Positions 63,326 through 64,000 of a stretch of 64,000 bases of DNA are shown piece by piece. The stretch covers positions 536,710 to 600,709 of the forward strand of contig NW_025215381.1 in the NCBI RefSeq assembly GCF_004010195.1, in the 5' to 3' direction. Below the pieces are notes generated by a model. That model made no database searches. It saw nothing but the letters and a program-made list of their open reading frames with translations, and was not told where the DNA came from. Position numbers and translations under genes: made by a program. Within the stretch, counting starts at the first letter, position 1; the number at the start of each line of letters is the position of its first letter. Origin of the DNA: Chiloscyllium plagiosum (Eukaryota).

Positions 63326-64000
63326 GTTCTGAAAGGGCAGGCAGAGATCATTGTGCACGTTGGCACAAATGACACAGGTAGAAATAGGGAGGAGGTCCTG
63401 CAGAGTGATTACAGAGCACGAGGGAAAAAAAGTTAAAACCAGTACCTCGACGCTGCTAATTTCCAGAGCCATTTGCTAGTTAGGGTATGAACAGGAGGGT
63501 ATGGCAGGTGAATGCATGGCTAAGGCAGGGATTCAGATTTTTAGATCATTGGGATCTTTTCTGGAGCAGAGGTGACCTCAAGAGGGACGGGTAGCATCTG
63601 AACTGGAAAGAGGACCAATACCTTGGCGGCCAAGTTTGCCAGTTCAACACAGGAAGGTTTAAACTAGACTGGCAGGGAGGTGGGATCCTCAACAGTAGGG
63701 AGGCAAGTGCGAGTCGGGAAGGGGAGACAGTAATCAGAAATAGTAAAATGAAGAGGCAGGTCAGGTTGGAACACCACAGGGAGCAAGCAATGCCTGTTGG
63801 ACTAAATTGTATCTATTTCAATGCAAGAGGGCTGACAGGTTGGGCTGATGAATTCAGGGCGTGGGACAGGGATTTCATAGCCATTACAAAAACATGGCTA
63901 AGGGAGGGACAGGACTGGCAGCATAACGTGCCAGGGTACAGGTGCTTTGGGCAGGACAGGGGTGGTGGAAGGAAGAGAGGGGGAGTTACATTTTTGATTA
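63326..64000 (+). mobile_element. CR1 ORF1 esterase C-terminal region and start of ORF2 endonuclease
   Basis: IIVHVGTNDT and RDG*HLN (SGNH/GDSL esterase blocks), then LNCIYFNARGL, IAITKTWL and RGGV. Confidence 0.85.

Noticed and set aside
1..64000. Additional kinase exons ([50 protein letters not shown])
   Set aside because: Not found by eye on the minus strand; probably outside the window, though a missed small exon cannot be excluded.

Overview
Eukaryotic (vertebrate) genomic DNA, almost certainly from a shark or other elasmobranch: it is saturated with HE1-type tRNA-derived SINEs and their partner CR1 (HER1-like) LINEs. The only host-gene sequence I can support is one 57-bp coding exon on the minus strand (11870-11926, GRHVKTGQLAAIKVMDVTE) of a GCK-IV kinase (MAP4K4 or MINK1; TNIK has G at the last position). 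The rest of the window is therefore probably intron. Most ORF-track entries are decayed retroelement fragments or their antisense shadows. The repeats include CR1, Tx1, Rex1/Babar, a tRNA-headed LINE, a full-length decayed Tigger/pogo DNA transposon, MITEs and a dense cluster of Penelope-like elements (PLEs). The most notable observations are: (1) intact minimal type-I hammerhead ribozyme motifs in the termini of two PLE families; (2) short ribozyme-bearing PLE termini inserted on their own with 14-16 bp target-site duplications; (3) a 3.9-kb composite insertion (CR1 5' end + 34-bp minisatellite + ~2.2 kb non-CR1 cargo + CR1 3' end) that splits another CR1; and (4) a ~3-kb LINE starting with a tRNA/SINE-like head, with a head+tail derivative elsewhere in the window. 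All calls were made by eye with no database search. Repeat boundaries are approximate (tens of bp) unless a TSD/TIR or splice site is quoted.
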